Assembly (NCBI GenBank): GCA_031549535.1
Contig: JAVBPP010000024.1
Span: 10,180-74,179, forward strand
DNA length: 64,000 bases
Source: Oscillospiraceae bacterium
GTDB taxonomy: Bacteria > Bacillota > Clostridia > Oscillospirales > Acutalibacteraceae
Direction: 5' to 3'
Position 1 is the stretch's first letter. Each line of letters starts with the position of its first letter. The notes under the pieces are model-generated. The model ran no database searches. It saw only the letters and a list, made by a program, of their open reading frames with translations, and was not told the DNA's origin. This document shows positions 63,549 through 64,000 of the stretch, piece by piece. The position numbers and the translations under genes were made by a program.

Positions 63549-64000
63549 ATGCGAGACATTACAACACTGTATCAACTGTGGCTGGCGCAGACCGCTGCGG
63601 AGCCTGCGTTGTTTCAAGAATTACAGTCCGTCGCGGGGCAAGAGGATGCAATCCGCGACCGCTTTTATCAGGATTTGCAGTTCGGTACTGCCGGGCTGCG
63701 CGGTGTGCTCGGCGCGGGCACCAACCGCATGAATGTGTTCACCGTCAACCAAGCGACACAGGGGCTGGCCAATTATCTCAACGCACAGTTTTCCGCCCCC
63801 TGCGTTGCCATCGCGTATGATTCACGCATCAACTCCGCGCGTTTTGCCCAAAGCGCCGCCTGTGTGTTGGCGGCAAACGGAATCCGGGTGCATTTGTTTG
63901 CGGAATTGGTGCCAACCCCCATGCTCTCCTTTGCCGTGCGCGCGCTGAAATGCCAATCCGGCATTATTATTACCGCCAGCCACAATCCGGCAAAGTATAA
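63549..64000 (+). CDS. phosphoglucomutase/phosphomannomutase family protein (5' part, runs off the window)
   Basis: Not in the ORF track because no stop falls inside the window. The ATG at 63549 gives MRDITTLYQLWL...FGTAGLRG...IIITASHNPAKY, which contains the phosphoserine loop TASHNP. Confidence 0.85.
   Translation, partial: MRDITTLYQLWLAQTAAEPALFQELQSVAGQEDAIRDRFYQDLQFGTAGLRGVLGAGTNRMNVFTVNQATQGLANYLNAQFSAPCVAIAYDSRINSARFAQSAACVLAANGIRVHLFAELVPTPMLSFAVRALKCQSGIIITASHNPAKY

Overview
This is a GC-rich (about 55-60% by eye) chromosomal segment from a Firmicutes/Clostridia-type spore former. It contains ypeB, remB and the ffs-dnaX-ybaB-recR and dnaN-yaaA-recF-gyrB-gyrA blocks. From left to right: (i) a + strand sugar operon with 2 Gfo/Idh/MocA oxidoreductases, 3 xylose-isomerase-like TIM barrels and a secreted GH16; (ii) a low-GC single-gene island encoding an orphan QueC-like PP-loop protein, followed by an XRE-HTH fusion protein; (iii) a minus-strand housekeeping block (gcvT-H-PA-PB, an SDR, a kinase-like gene, proBA, an M16 peptidase, malic enzyme, glpK), then a + strand acyltransferase and a minus-strand operon of an MFS/GPH-like transporter plus an ABC exporter pair; (iv) dusB, a NYN/LOTUS protein, mgtC, yfbR, SRP RNA, dnaX-ybaB-recR; (v) a DnaA-box cluster with a (CTA)5 DnaA-trio-like tract directly upstream of dnaN, with no dnaA gene present; (vi) dnaN-yaaA-recF-remB, ypeB, a hypothetical gene, gyrB-gyrA; (vii) a repeat-rich accessory junction holding a lipoprotein gene bounded by perfect 35-bp inverted repeats; (viii) a minus-strand block with arsR plus a P1B ATPase, a PASTA-domain predicted pseudokinase, rarA, a Na+-pumping oxaloacetate decarboxylase with a separate biotin carrier, glyQS, an FAD oxidoreductase, a frameshifted GNAT and an rlmD-like methyltransferase, followed by a partial + strand phosphohexomutase. 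Three unrelated families of intergenic palindromic repeats are visible directly in the sequence. No CRISPR array, tRNA, rRNA, transposase, integrase or recognisable canonical defence operon was found. The best candidates for something undescribed are the orphan QueC-like island, the dnaA-less origin module, the repeat-bounded cassettes and the PASTA pseudokinase. All functional calls rest on motif recognition by eye and need database or structure confirmation.
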